Shown here: positions 36,740 to 50,509 of the stretch, piece by piece
Numbering within the stretch: the stretch's first letter is position 1
Layout: the number at the start of each line of letters is the position of its first letter
Assembly: GCF_963921235.1 (NCBI RefSeq)
Contig: NC_086109.1
Location: 65,658,001-65,722,000, forward strand
Reading direction: 5' to 3'
Origin: Mobula hypostoma
Taxonomy: Eukaryota
Length of the DNA: 64,000 nucleotides
The notes under the pieces: model-generated
Told to the model about the DNA's origin: nothing
The model's database searches: none
What the model saw: only the letters and a program-made list of their open reading frames with translations
Program-made: the position numbers and the translations under genes

Positions 36740-37870
36740 GTGACATGGTGTCATGACAACAATCTTTCCCTCAAGGTCAACAAAATAGCTGGTCATTGAC
36801 TTCAAGAAGGCACATAGTGCACATGTACCGGTCTACATCAACGATGTTGAGGTTGTGAGGGTGAGGTGTTCAAGTTCCTACTAGTGAACAGCACAAATAG
36901 CGTGTCCCGGTTACCACATAGACACGACAGCCAAAAAAGAGCTCGCCAATGCCTCTACTTCCTCAGAAAGCTAAAGAAATTCAGCATATCTCCAGTGACC
37001 CGTACCAAATTTTTATTACCATACCAGAGGAAGTATCCTATATAGATGCTTCACAGCTTGGTATGTCTACTCAAATTCAACATCAAGTTCAAATTTATCG
37101 TGCATATATACAACCAAACCAACCACCATTCTTCCTGGATGTCACGATCTCTGTGGATGTAACCTGGTCCCAACATGTCGACGCATCTATAAAGAAGGCA
37201 AGGCAGCGGCTATATTTCATTAGGAATTTGAAGAGATTTGGTTTGTCACCTAAAACACTTGGAAACTTCTATAGATGTACCGTGGACAGCATTCTGACAG
37301 GCAGCATCACTGGTATGGGGTGTGGGTTTGGGGGTGGGTGGGAAATTAGTCAGTTCGATATTGGATACTAGCCTCCGAGACATCTTCAAGGAGCAGTGCC
37401 TCAGAAAGGCGGTGCCCATTATTAAGGATATCCATCACCCAGGACATGCTCTCTTCTCACTGTTACCATTAGGAAGGAGGTACAGAAGCCTGAAGGCACA
37501 CACTCAGCAATTCAGGAACAGCTTCTTCCCCTCTTCCATCCTATTCCTAAATTGATACTGAACCCATGAACACTATTTCACTTTTTTAATGTTATTTCTG
37601 TTTTGCACTATTCTTAATCTATTTAATATACATATATACTTACTGTAATTAATTTACTTACTTTTTTCTTTCGATATTATCATGTATTGCATTGTACTGC
37701 TGCTGCTAAGTTAACAAATTTCACAACAGATGCCGGTCATAGTAAAGCAACACACATCAAAGTTGCTGGTGAACGCAGCAGGCCAGGCAGCATCTCTAGG
37801 AAGAGGTACAGTCGACGTTTCAGGCCGAGACCCTTCATCAGGAAATAGTAAACCTGATTCTGATTCTTCC
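36740..37870 (+). mobile_element. Rex1/Babar-like 3' fragments with a (TTCTGA)n tail
   Basis: KKARQRLYFIRNLKRFG...FYRCTVDSILTG, HHPGHALFSLLPLGRRYRSL. Confidence 0.8.
37747..37844 (-). mobile_element. 98-bp Penelope-derived insertion with a hammerhead core
   Basis: 8-bp TSD atagtaaa (37739-46 and 37845-52). Minus strand tcCTGATGAagggtctcggcctGAAAcgTCgactg. Confidence 0.8.
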
Positions 37871-38949
37871 GGACCACAGTGCACCCACAATACAGTACAT
37901 ATATCACACACAGCACATGAAACAAAATATTACCACAAATAAGTTAATAAAATATAATTCAAAGTGCTTGGGAAGTACACAGCACAGGTAAACAATAAAT
38001 AGCTTGCCGTTCTAGTGACCAGACCTCAGTGGTGATAGGGCATTCATTAGTCTCACAGCCAGGAAGAAAAAGCTCCTTCCCTGAACGAAAACAAAACTTT
38101 ATTTTATCTGAATCATATGAGATTCTTGCAACAGAATACATGCCAAGAAATACATGTTAAAGAATTGTTTATAAATTAGAAAACACATTTACTTAGCTCA
38201 GATGATACAATATTTAAGCCAATGAATTTTCAAGAAAATTCAAGAATGATTATGTAAATCAGAACACCTGGAAACAAAAACAAGCCTCACCTGTTAACTT
38301 TCTGTGTAGAATTTGTTTCAGTTTACCAGAAAAAAAAAATCAAGAGGTTGGAAAAACTAAATTTATGAGTTGGAAAGATTTTTTTCCACATAAATATTTC
38401 ATTATTTTAAAAGCCATCTGAATAAATACTGATTTGTAACAAATATACTTTCCTTTAAGGCACAAAAACACAACAGGAAATCTAGATTGTAGGAGAAATT
38501 GAAGATAGTGCTATATCCAAGGAAAAGTCATAAAAAAAAGCCAGATGAAGTACTAAGGCTGGTGACTGGGAGTGCTTTAGAATTTGGAAAATGATGACAA
38601 GTGAATAAATAAAGTGAGAAAGTAGAAGGAGACTGAACTAACAGAAACATAAAAACTACGAAAGACTTGCATGTGCTGTATATAAAAAAGGAAAAGATAT
38701 GAGAGTGCAAATCTGAATAGAGATGGAAGAACTTATGATGTGGAATTAAGAAAAAGCAGGAAAATTAATCAAATATTTTCTGTCTATCATCAATGAAGTA
38801 GACGTAAGGAAAGACTTAGAGAAATACTGGAGAGCCAAGTGCTCAATGATAGAAAGCCAAGAAGCCAAGGTAAATGCCATTAGTAAAGAAATACTTCAAA
38901 AGTTAATGAACGTAAAAACTACTAACCACCAAGGACTTAAGACAATGAG

Positions 38950-39730
38950 ACTAGAAGATATAGGAGCATAATTAAGCCATTTGGCCCATCATGTCTTCTC
39001 CACTATTCCATGATGGCTGATTTATTATCCCTCTCAACCCCATTCTCTTGCCTTCTCCCTGTAATCTTTGACACCCTTGTTAATCCAGAACCTATCAACC
39101 TCTACATTAACTGTGGTGGCAATGTATTCCACTGATTCATCGTTCTCTGACTAAAGAGTTCCCTCCTAATCTTTGTTCTAAAGGAACGCCTTGTTATTCT
39201 GAGGCTGTGCTCTCTGGTCTTAGACACCCCCACTATAGGAAATAACCTCTCTCTGTCCACTCTATCTTGGCCTTTCATTATTTGATAAGTTTTACTGAGA
39301 TTCAGCCACATTCTTCTAAACTCCAGTGAGCACAAGCCCAGAGCCATCAACTGCCCATTACAGGCCCATTAGCCCTTTTGTTCCTGGGTTCATTCTCATG
39401 AACCTCCTCTGGACCTTCTCCAATGCCAGCATGTCATTTTTTAGATAAAGAGCTCAAAGCTACTCACAAAAATCCAAGTTCAGTCTAACCAATGCCTTAT
39501 AAAGCCTCAACATTGCATCCTTGCTTTTATATTCTAGAAATCAAAGCTAATACTGCAGTGTCTTCCTTATCACCGATTCAACCTGCAAGTTAACCTTTAG
39601 GGAATCCTGCAGGATTCCTAAATCCATTTGCACCTCTGTTTTTTGAGTTTTCTCACTGTTTAGAAAATTGTCTATGCCTTTATTCTCTCTACCAAAGTGC
39701 ATGAAGATCTGCCACTTCATTGTCCATTCT
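38950..39730 (-). mobile_element. CR1 3' fragment
   Basis: ALGLCSLEFRRM...HSLRI...ELFSQR. Confidence 0.8.
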
Positions 39731-40799
39731 CTGAATCTAAGTTATTTTTCCATTTTTCCATCTTTGATGAGCTCCATCCTAGAATTTTGGAGGAGCTGGC
39801 TGCGGAGACAATGAATCCACTGATTCACATCTTTTTCCTGGTTTCTGCCCCCTTCCCTTCCAGTCACTATGAAGGATCTCAGCCCGAAACAATAACTCTT
39901 CAGTCCCCTCCATAGAAGCCTCCTGACCTGCTGAGTTCATCCAGCATTCCTTTGACTTTGTTCAAGATTTCCAACGTCTGCAGTATTCCTTGTGTTTCAA
40001 ATTCAGCCCTTACTGGAACTTTTCCTGTGGATTCGGGGGTACTAAATGGGAGGTCACTGTTTAAGAAAGGAGGGAAAGAAAAGGAGACTTGTGAGCTCGA
40101 AATAGGTGACTAGGAAAATGCAACGTTTATCATAAAGGATGCCAGATCAAGATGTTCAAAGTATTTGTTATAATTTCCACAACATCTATTTAGTTTAATG
40201 CTAGATTCATGTTAAGTACCTTGGATTACATTAGATAGCTATCATTAATATTAATCCTTTAATATAACTATTAATAAATTCCAAAATAGGATGTTGCCCG
40301 TTACCCCAAGCTCCTGACATTTGGCATCTCATAACTTGTGCTGCACAGAAGATGGGATTTTAACCTTCCCTTCCCCATTCAGAATAAGGAGTAGATGGGG
40401 TTAGAATTACCCTATTTACTGGCCAGAGGCTTAGAGTTCTCATTTTGTTTTGTCATTTTACATATAAAAGTCGAGGCCTTGTGGTAGCTCAAGAGCCTCA
40501 CCAGATGGATTTGGATTGAAGTGAGAGGCACTGTATTTTTGCCTGTAGCCCAGCAGCAGAACCTCAGTGGGTGGTGCTTGATGGCTGGAAGTGGTGAAAG
40601 AGATGAAGTCTCCAGGCTCTGCAATCGGCCTGATCATTTCTGGATTCCTTTTCCCAGTAGGTGCTTTCCCTGCCTGGCCAAACTGCACGCTCCTTCTACA
40701 AGATCCCACAGTACTCTTCTGGTCAGTTAGCAGAGAATTGGAATCAGGTTTATTATTAATAATTTGTATCACAAGAAATTTGTTGTTTTGCAGCAGCAG

Positions 40800-43700
40800 T
40801 GCAGGTTTCCGCACATAAAACAAAGTGAGGCATTTTATGTTTAACGAAACCCATAGCACATTTTATTGAACTCCCTAACTTACACAACAAAAGCACGATC
40901 AAAAACCTTTGTTCATAATGACGTCATCACGTCGGACCAGTCTCTTAAAATGAAAACCCAACTCAACGTCAGTGGTTGTGATTTCTCTCAGTTACGTTAC
41001 CCTACACAGGCCCCCCCCCCCCCGATATTCACTAAAACCAGCATTGTGCGCCTGTCTGTAATTCGGACGAACTGCCTGGTGCGGGTCCTACGTTCCGTGG
41101 GTAGAGGAACAATGGGTGTCTTGTCCAGAGGTGCACTGCATGCTCATGGTTATGTTGTGATGTTAGGGGCATGGTAGCAGAATACTTGGCCGGTTTAAGG
41201 TGATCTACCGAAATATGTTCAGGTTTACCCCTCTTTTCGATAAAAGTCTTTTCTCCCCATTCGAAAATACAAAATGGGCCATCATTAGGGGCCTAAGGGG
41301 ATGTTGGTGTGCCTCATGGTGGGTGAAAACAAATGAGGCAGAACGTAGGTCAACAGGAAGCCAAGAGTGTTGTACACCATGATGTGGGGTAGGAATAGGT
41401 GAAAAGGGATTGAATTTACTGAGGAGGGTGGAAGGCTGCTGAGGCTGACCCAGGCGGTCGTAGTGACAGGAATGAAATCACCTGGCACGCGTAACGGCTG
41501 CCTGTTTACTAATTCAGCCACGGACGACTGCAGGTCCTCTTTTGGAGCTGTTCTGAGCCCTAGCTGGACTCACGGGAGACGATCATGCCAGCACTCGTCC
41601 ATCAGGGAAGCCCTCAGAGCAGCCTCCAATGGGCGGGGAAACCACTCACATAGGCCGTTGGCTGTGGTGTGATGTAGCCTAACGCCAAGGATCTGGGCCA
41701 TCGCAGCCCAGAGGTCAGAAATTGAATTTGGGACCGTGGTCAGAGGAAATATCAAATGGGATGGCACGCTGAGCAACCTAGGTGCTGATGAACACCAAGC
41801 CATGTCTGTGGCCGTCGTCGTCCCCTGGCCATCTGGGGAGAGGGCGACCGGTTGAGACATTGCACAGCAGAGAGACACCAGTTTCCCTGAACTTAATGTC
41901 AGCCAACCGCAGGCCCATGACTGCTGTTCAGTAAGACTGGACCTCTGAGTCAGTAACTTGGTCAACTGCCATGCCGGCATAGTCAGCCCCTACGTGTATG
42001 GCCTCAACAGCTGGCCATTAGAGGCAAGAAGCTGCAGCATTATTTTTCCCTTTGATATGTTGTATATCCATTGTGAACTCAGATATGTTGGCCAGGTGAC
42101 ATTGCTGTCGTGCAGACCTAGGTTCTGATATCTTGGCCTTCATGCACACAAGGGGTTTGTGGTCAACGAACGCTGTGAAATGGCAGCGTCCTAGAAGAAA
42201 ACAAAAATGGCGGACAGCCAGAAAGAGTCCAAGAAGCTCGCAGTCAAACGTGCTGTACTTCGTTTCAAGCGGATAGAGCTGCCGGCTGAAGAAGGTGAGT
42301 GACTGCCACACGCCTCCAATCAATTGTTCATGCACAGCACCCATACCATAGTCTGAGGCATCAAGAGTAATGCTATGGGTGCACTGGGAAGTGGGTGCGC
42401 CAGTAAAGTTGTGTTAGAAAGAGCTCGTTTGATATCATCAAATGCCCTGGTCATGTCCACGGACGAGTCAAGCATCTGATTGGGGTATTGTCTTTAAGCG
42501 CACTATACAGAGGGAGCATAAGTTCAGCAGCTCGCGGAATGAAGCGGTGATAGAAATTTACGACACCTGGAAACTTGTGTGGTTTTTTTTGTAGTGTGTG
42601 GGTCAGTGGGAAATCCATAATAGTGGCTACTTTTGAAGGGAGGGGATTTGGACCTTCTGCAGAGAACCGATGGTCGAACAAGTCAGTAGTTGACAACCCA
42701 AAATGGCACTTAGCAGGGTCAATAACAATCAACCCATGTTAGCTTAAGCACTTGAAAAGTGTGCGGAGCTGAGATACGTGTTCAGATTTGGACACAGTGG
42801 TGACAAGTATGTCAGCCAGGTAAACAAAAAGGAAATGTAATTCTTTTAATACAGAGTTGGTAAGTCTGTGCTGCATTTTTCAGTTCAAATGGCATGTGCC
42901 GAAGCTCAAAAAGGCCAAACAGGTTTATCACAGCTGTTTTAGGAATGTCCTCTGAGCACACAGGCACCTAATGGTAGCGCCTAACTAGATTGACTTTGGA
43001 AAAATTGACTTTCTGGCTAAACGTGCTGATAAGTCCTGAATGTGTGGGACTGAGTAATGATTGGGGGTTGTGGCCATTGGACATAAGGAGGGGTGAAGTC
43101 CAGGGGCTATTCAGCTGGTGCAAAAATGCCGAGTCCTTCCAAGTTGGCAAACTCAGCCTTCGCAGTGCCAGCTATTCTGGGTTCAGCTGACCCATGTGGG
43201 CACGAACTGGCGGGCCAGTCATGGGAATGTGGTGCTCAACCCCATGTTTGGCGACTGTAGTGGAGAATGTGGGTTTGGTGAGGTCTGGGAATTTTCCCAG
43301 TAGTTGAACGAACTCCCATGCAGTGGTGCATGTGCTTGACAGAGTCGTTGTGGAGGACTTACTGGGGAAGCAGGTGAATAATCCAAAGTCCTGATGTCCA
43401 CAAGCAAGCAGTTCTTAAGGTCCACCAACCGTCCTTGGGCACACAGGAAGTCTGCACCAAGCAGAGGTCTAGCCACTTTAGCCAGGACAAAGTCCCATGT
43501 GTAACGTCGGCCACTGAAGCAGGGTGTCACCAATCATGTCCCATAAGTCTGGATATTGCTGCCATTGGCAGTCTCCAGCGAGGTCTCGTTGTCACATGAA
43601 TAGGTGATGCTGGTAGCACACTCACTTGAGCACCTGTGTCACACGGGAAGCATCACCCTGAAAGGGAGTCTGAAATGAACAGTAGGCGATCCTGGCGGCT

Positions 43701-44696
43701 GGAACCCACGGTGTTCACAGACCTCTGATGACCCAGTGTGCTGGCACTGACAAAGCTGCAAGGCGGCTGGCACTTCCTAGCATTCGTAGCAAAGCACAGG
43801 CCTGGTCATTTGTTTGGCAGCTATGGGTATCCTTATGCTGGGGGCCTTGCTGACCAGGTTTATTGAAGTAGAGAAAGGAAGAGGAATGATGCACTACTGC
43901 CTAGCCGAGTGTAGGCTATCAGCCATCTTAGCAAACCCTATAGTTCATCACGGGTACATTAGCAAGGGCTATATGAACTGGAGTGGGAATTTGCTGCATG
44001 AAGAATTCTTTGAAAATAAAACACTGATGGTGATTTCCCAGGAGAGACAGCATGTGGTCCATTAGCTCCACGGGGTCACCATCACCGAGGCTAGGCAAGG
44101 AGAGCAGCTGTTTGGTGCTCTCAGACCCTGATAATCCAAAAATCTGTAAAAGGTGAGCTTTCAGTGAACGGTATTTATCGTGTTCAGGTGAGTGTTCTAG
44201 TAGATTCACCACTCTGGCCGCACGCTCGCTGGAGCATCTGTGTCAGACAGGAAGCATCACCCTGAAAGAGAGTCTGTAATGAGCAGTAGATGACCCTACC
44301 TAACATAGAAATGTTAGGTGCTGCTGGCGGAGATTTCTCATAGAGCAATCCGGACCTCAGCTTGTATGAACAAAATGGTGCCATTTTGCTCCCAAAACTC
44401 TGGCAGTTTCAAAGTGACTGCGTTGGCCGACATACAGTATTCAATAACTCCAGAATCATCCTAGAGCGTCAGAGTCACCAATGTAGGTTTCTGCAAATAA
44501 AAGGAAGTGGGGCGTTTTATGTTTCATGAAACCCATGACACATTTTATTGAACTCCCTAACTTAAACAACAAAAGCACGCTAAAAATCTTTTACATAATA
44601 ATGTTGTCACATCAGACCAGTCTCTTAAAATGAAACCCTTCTTAAAATTCAGTGGTTGTGAATTATCCACATTTCTCCCACGTACATTACCCTACA
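40800..44696 (-). mobile_element. Degenerate Gypsy/Ty3 LTR retrotransposon with both LTRs
   Basis: TG...CA LTRs at 40800-41006 and 44482-44696; 4-bp TSD gcag. PBS TGGTGACtCtGACG (tRNA-Trp-like) just inside the right LTR; G-run PPT at ~41010-41023. Remnants of gag (43928-44212), protease (DTGAQVS; LLGADFL), RT (VYLADIL), RNase H (YSTFDCELLG...VDHKPL) and integrase (ANGLCEWF). Confidence 0.92.
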
Positions 44697-45879
44697 GCAG
44701 TATAATGCAAAGATATAAAAAATACTAGTTAAAAGTTCAAAATAAATTTATTATAAAATAATTATGTCAATAAATAATAATGATCAAATATTTATATATG
44801 TATATATATTTGTATGTCTGAGATTCATTTTCTTGCAGGCATTTACATGAAAAATGAAATGCAATAGGATTTAATACAAAAACAGGCAACTACTGGCAAA
44901 ACCAACGTGCAAAAGAAGACAAACTGTGCAAATAAAACTAAAACTGAGAAAATGAATCAGAGTCCTTGAAAGTGAGATGGTAGATCAGTGGTTCTTCACC
45001 TTTTTCTGCTTGTGGCCCACTTGTGACTTTCATTTAACTCTGTGCCCCCCCTCCCCCCACATAGTCTCTGTTAGTTGCAAAGCTTTTTTGGTCAACTGTA
45101 CTAATTATTCTAATAAACAGTTAATAATTATGTTTTAACAGGTTATGGGTATTGTGGACACGTGGCCAAGTGGTTAAGGCATTGGACTAGCGACCTGAAG
45201 GTCGTGAGTTCGAACCCTAGCCGAGGCAACATGTGTTGTGTCCTTGAGCAAGGCACTTAATCAGACATTGCTCTGCGACGACACTGGTGCCAAGCTGTAT
45301 GGGTCCTAATGCCCTTACATCGTCTTCCATACAACCTTGCCCAGGCCTGCACCCTGGAGAGTGAAGACTTTCCAGGCGCAGATCTAAGGTCTCACAAAGC
45401 TAATGGGTATTATTATATGTTAAATATAATGTTACAGGTATTTATGAAAAATACAACTATTTTAAAGCTCTAAATAGGATACTTTATTTATAATGTATAT
45501 CATATTCTTCCAACCAGCAACTAAAAAGTGCTTAGTGTTGTTACTTTGCAAATATAGTGAGATCATTGCGACTGATGCAAACTAGCAAGTTTTTGAATAT
45601 CTGGTTGCAACTTGGTTAAAGATAATTGAAGATCACCTCTTCACAACATCAAGATGGTCATGAACTCTTGGTAGCAGGTGAAGAGTATGATTAAAGACAC
45701 GTTCAACTAGATAAGAGGTAGGAATTCCAATTAAAAACAACTTTGCTTTCTCCCAGAACTGTAGAAACTTATTTTGAATATCACTGCTTATCCAGAAGTT
45801 TTATTTGCTGAACTTCAATTTTGCTTGAGCTGTGCAGCTCAGTAAGATATTTTTGCAATGTGCTGTCCACATTATTCAC

Positions 45880-46785
45880 ATACACACAAAGTACTCTGCA
45901 GATGCTGGGGTCAAAGCAGCACTCACAACATGCTGGAGGAACTCAGCAGGTCAGGCAGCATCCGTGGAAATGATCAGTCAAAGTTTTGGGCCGGAACCCT
46001 TCGTCAGGACTGTAGAGGGAAGGGGCAGAGGCCATGTAAAGAAGGTGGGGGAGGGTGGGAAGGAAAAGGCTGGTAGGTTCCAGGTGAAAAACCAGTAAAG
46101 GGAAAGATAAAGGGGTGGGGGAGGGGAGGCAGGGAGGTGATAGGCAGGAAAGGTGAAGAAGGAATAGGGGAAAACACAGTGGGTGGTAGAAGGAGGCAGA
46201 ACCATGAGGGAGGTGATAGGCAGCTGGAGGAGGGGGCAGAGTGAAATAGGGATAGGGGAAGGGAGAGGGAGGGCATTACTGGAAGTTGGAGAATTCTATG
46301 TTCATACCAAGGGGCTAGAGACTACCTAGACAGTATATGAGGTGCTGCTCCTCCAACCTGAGTTTAGCCTCATCATGGCAGTAGAGGAGGCCATGTATGG
46401 ACATATCCGAAAGAGAATGTGAAGCAGAGTTCAAATGTGTGGCAACCGGGAGATCCTGTCTGTTGTGGCGGATGGAGCGGAGGTGCTCGACGAAGCGGTC
46501 CCCCAGTCTGCGTCGGGTTTCACTGATGTAGTGGAGGCCGCACCGGGAGCACTGAATGCAATAGATGACCCCAACAGACTCAGAAGTGAAGTGTTGCTTC
46601 ACCTGGAAGGACTGTTTGGGGCCCTGAATAGTGCCAAGAGAGGAGGTGTAGCACTTCCGCTTACAGGGGATAAGTGCCGGGTGGGAGATCCGTGGGGAGG
46701 GACCGATCCCTGCAGAAAGTGGAGAGGGGTGGAGGGGGAAAGATGTGCTTAGTGGTGGGGTCCAGTTGAAGGTGGCATGAAGGTG
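45880..46785 (-). mobile_element. Penelope-like element (GIY-YIG domain + pLTR)
   Basis: ORF 46315-46821 GVIYCIQCSRCGLHYISETRRRLGDRFVEH...LEEQHLIY; hammerhead at ~45975-46012 with GAAA changed to AAAA. Confidence 0.9.
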
Positions 46786-47873
46786 AACATCATTCACATT
46801 CATCCCAAATGGATCCACCACCTAATCTGGAATATGCAAATCCAGCAGGTCTCTGAACCGAAATTCCTATCAGTGCGCAGTTGATTCAAATGTTCAAGGT
46901 ATACAATCAGATCATCATCTTGCAATTCTATTTTAAGAGTGCCAGTGAAGGAAATCACATAAATGTGATGTTCGGTATTGTTGCAGAAAAGTTTGAGTTT
47001 TCAAAGCCATTATATTTTCCAGCAGAATATTATTTCCTAAGAAATAGTTCTTGACTTCTTCAAAAATAGTTTCACCTTTGGTATCTGTTTTAAGCTTTCA
47101 AGCAAAATGTATTCTCTCACTGGTCTAATCGTCAATCTAAAACCTAACATAGGTCATCAGGAGGGCTTCATTATCTTGTAATGTGCTTTCATCGATTTGC
47201 AGGCCAAACTTCTTAACTTGCAGTTGTGTAACTAGTTGTTTTTCCACATCATCTGACATTTCATCAATACACCTTGATACTGATGAGTTGCTCAAGAGGA
47301 TGGATGGTTTGAATGCTTTCAAATGTGCTGTGATTCATAACAGTAGAAATTGCAACAGAAACTTCAGGCAGAATCAATGATTCACCCACAGTACGTGGCT
47401 TGCCAGCTTTTACAATTAAATTTGAAATCTCATAGGATGCAAGTAAACTTTTGTCTATCTTAGCTGCATTTTCACTAAACATTTGCTTTACGTTCGGCCT
47501 TGATTGAAAATTATCAGGCGGTTTTTTGAAGTAATCCAGTGTTTTATCTTCCTTGTCCTTATGTGCTGTCTTCAAGTGTTTCCTCAGCTGACATGGCCAC
47601 ATGCTTTCATTTGAGTGCGTGGTCATACAAATTAGACACAATGGCATCCTCTTGACCTGTGCAGATGGAATAAATAACGCCATGGGCAAGATACCAAATG
47701 GAAAAATGCCAACAATAGTTCTTTGCCTTAGTAGCCATGGATAATTTCATAGAAAAATAAAGAAAATTTTAAAATAAAGAAAAAAATGTGTGTATGTGCA
47801 TGTGTGTGCGTGCATGTGTGTGCATGCGTGCGTGCATCTTTCATGTCTTTATATGGTGGCCAGTGGTGTAGTA

Positions 47874-49157
47874 CAGCGGTCCCCAACCACCGGGCCGTGG
47901 ACTGGTACTCGGCCACAAAGCATGTGCTACCGGGCCGTGAGGAAGAGATATGATTTGGCGATATGAAAAAAATGAGTCAGCTGCACTTTTCCTCATTCCC
48001 TGTCACGCCCACTGTTGAACTTTAACACACGCGAGGTCATCACTGACCCAAGACGCAAATGACCCAAGACGTGCAAAGGAATGGGTCCGTGACCTATTTG
48101 TGAATGTCCCTGGTGAATCTTCCATGTCAGCGCAGGAAGAAGATCAACTCCTCGAGCTTGCAAACGACAGTGGGCTGAAAAGTATGTTTGACATAACATC
48201 TCTGCTGGCATTCTGGATCAAAGTCAAGGCTGAATATCCTGAGATAGCACTGAAAACGTTGGTTCCATTTCCAACATCATATCTCTGCAAAGTGGAGTTT
48301 TCTGCAATGAATGCAACGAAAATAAAATTGTGGAATCGACTGGACATAAGGAACTCCCTTCGAGTATCGCTGTCTCCCGTCACCCCTTGATGGGACCGTC
48401 TTGTTGCAGGAAAACAAGCTCAGGGCACTCACTGATTCAGTGATATTGGTGTGTTGCAATGATCTTATATGTTCATACGAGGAAAATATGCGCTGTGTGT
48501 TTAATATCCAAACGTTACTTAAAACGTTATGATGCTATTGACTTATAAGTGACTTATAATTCAGTGGTCCCCAACCTCCGGGCCGCGAAGAATACAGTGG
48601 TAACTGGAAGGCACCCAGCACATCTTTAAGAAAAAAGCCGAAATAAACAAGCTAATTAATTAGGTAACACACATCAAAGTTGCTGGTGAATGCAGCAGGC
48701 CAGGCAGCATCTCTAGGAAGAGGTACAGTTGACGTTTTGGGCCGAGACCCTTCGTCAGGACTAACTGAAGGAAGAGATCGTAAGAGATTTAATCAGATCA
48801 GAGGCGATTGCCGATTGCGTCGTCTCTGATCTGGGCCGACATTTACGTGCTGGGCAGCACCTAATTAATTAGCTTGTTTATTTCGGCTTTTTTCTTAAAG
48901 ATGTGCTGGGTGTGTTCCGGCCACTGCTGTACCGCTGCATTCTTCATGGCAATGTATCGGCCGGTGGCCCGGAGGTTTGGGACCACTATTATAATTGACT
49001 TATCACTATATTCATGCGAGGAAAATATGCACCATGTGTTTAATATTAAATTCATTAGATAAACCCCTTTAGAAACGAAATTGAGTGTATTAGCCGGTCC
49101 GCAAGAATATTGTCAATATTAAACCGGTCCGCGGTGCAAGAAAGGTTGGGGAGCCCG
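47874..49157 (+). mobile_element. Internally deleted hAT-Charlie element (transposase C-terminal dimerisation remnant)
   Basis: cagcggtccccaacc / aaggttggggagccc termini; ORF 48100-48390 FWIKVKAEYPEIALKTLVPFPTSYLC...NRLD; splits a tRNA-SINE (47855-47873 / 49158-49215). Confidence 0.8.
48562..48988. mobile_element. hAT MITE with ~100-bp inverted arms
   Basis: cagtggtccccaacctccggg / cccggaggtttgggaccacta termini; exact 8-bp TSD ttataatt (48554-61 and 48989-96). A Penelope tail is nested at ~48666-48790. Confidence 0.85.
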
Positions 49158-50454
49158 AGCCCCAAGGTAAGTGGTCCCAGGTTCAAATCTGGCCAGCTCC
49201 TTGCGTGCTTTCCATGTATACAAGTGTGTGATTAGGCTCAAAAGAAAATAGAAAATGTCAAAGAATTATAAGTATAATTTCACATGAAAAAGTATCAGTA
49301 TTGAATACACTATACAAAAAATGAAATTAATTTTCGGCAGTTCTTAGATACATGTTCTAAGTATTTTTTTAAAAATTTTTCTATTATATATGCAAATTCC
49401 ATATGGCAATAAAGAGCTTGTAATCACCAAGTAAAGTGAATTGAACCTCCTTTCAGGATATGTTAAGTATCGGGGATTGAATGGAAGCTGTAGTGGTAGA
49501 TCATGATGCAGTGGTAGTCATCATGCAGGATTATGTAACAAGATGGTGGCAACTGCCACTCCATTCCAGCCAACGGTGAAGTTTACTGCTTACTGTTCCC
49601 CTGTGCTGTGCTTTACTAAATGCATTTTGAATTATATTTTATTAACTTATTTTGTGTTATGTGCTGTGTGTGATATATGTTGTGTAGGTGCGCTGTGGTC
49701 CAGTGGAATTGTTTCGTTTCGTTGTATGTATGTACAGTCAAGTAACAATAAACCTGGACTTGAACTTGAACTTCTCTGTTCTTTGCACTTTGGTTGTTTC
49801 TGGCAGATGAACCCACTGCAGTAACTGCAGCCTTCATGTCACAGTTTATAAGCATTATAACAAAAGTATTTTGTTTGGAAGGCAAACAGAACGAGCTTCC
49901 TGTTCCATACTTGCTGATTGGCCTTGCTGCAAACAGCCACACCCAATGATCACAAACAAGAGAAAATCTACAGATGCTGGAAATCCAAGCAACACACACA
50001 AAATGCTGGAGGAACTCAGCAGGCCAGGCAGCATCTATGAAAAAGAGTACAGTCAATGTTTTGGGCAAAGACCCTTTGCCCAGTCTTCAGTTTGGTTATG
50101 ATACCCCTTGATGACTACAACATGGCCATGCCAGGCTTTACATATTAATCCCCTTCTGATAGGGGTTTTGATACAGAAAACCTGGCCACTTCTGATAGTC
50201 TTTCAGTTGGAATTAGATGTGGATGGCTCCCCATTAACATGTAATTATCGATAATAAAATTATCATAATCACTAGCTGGTGGTGCATGTTGTAGAGTATC
50301 CGGCTGGGTCACGCCTACCTGCTCACTGTACAATCAGTGAGTCGGGGATGGATGTGGAGCAGGGCTCACTGGGCCACCCTGCAGGGTACGAATGGTGATT
50401 TGTGTGTTGGTCAAACAGAAGCGGTGATAACAATTAACATGTTCCCCCCACCCA

Positions 50455-50480
50455 CCACACACACACACACACACACACAC
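50455..50480. repeat. (CA)n microsatellite
   Basis: Seen directly. Others: (CA)n ~55357-55379, imperfect (TG)n ~47786-47835, (AAAT)n ~60968-60987. Confidence 0.9.
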
Positions 50481-50509
50481 AGAGGCTAAGTTTTGCTGCC
50501 TCATTTCAA

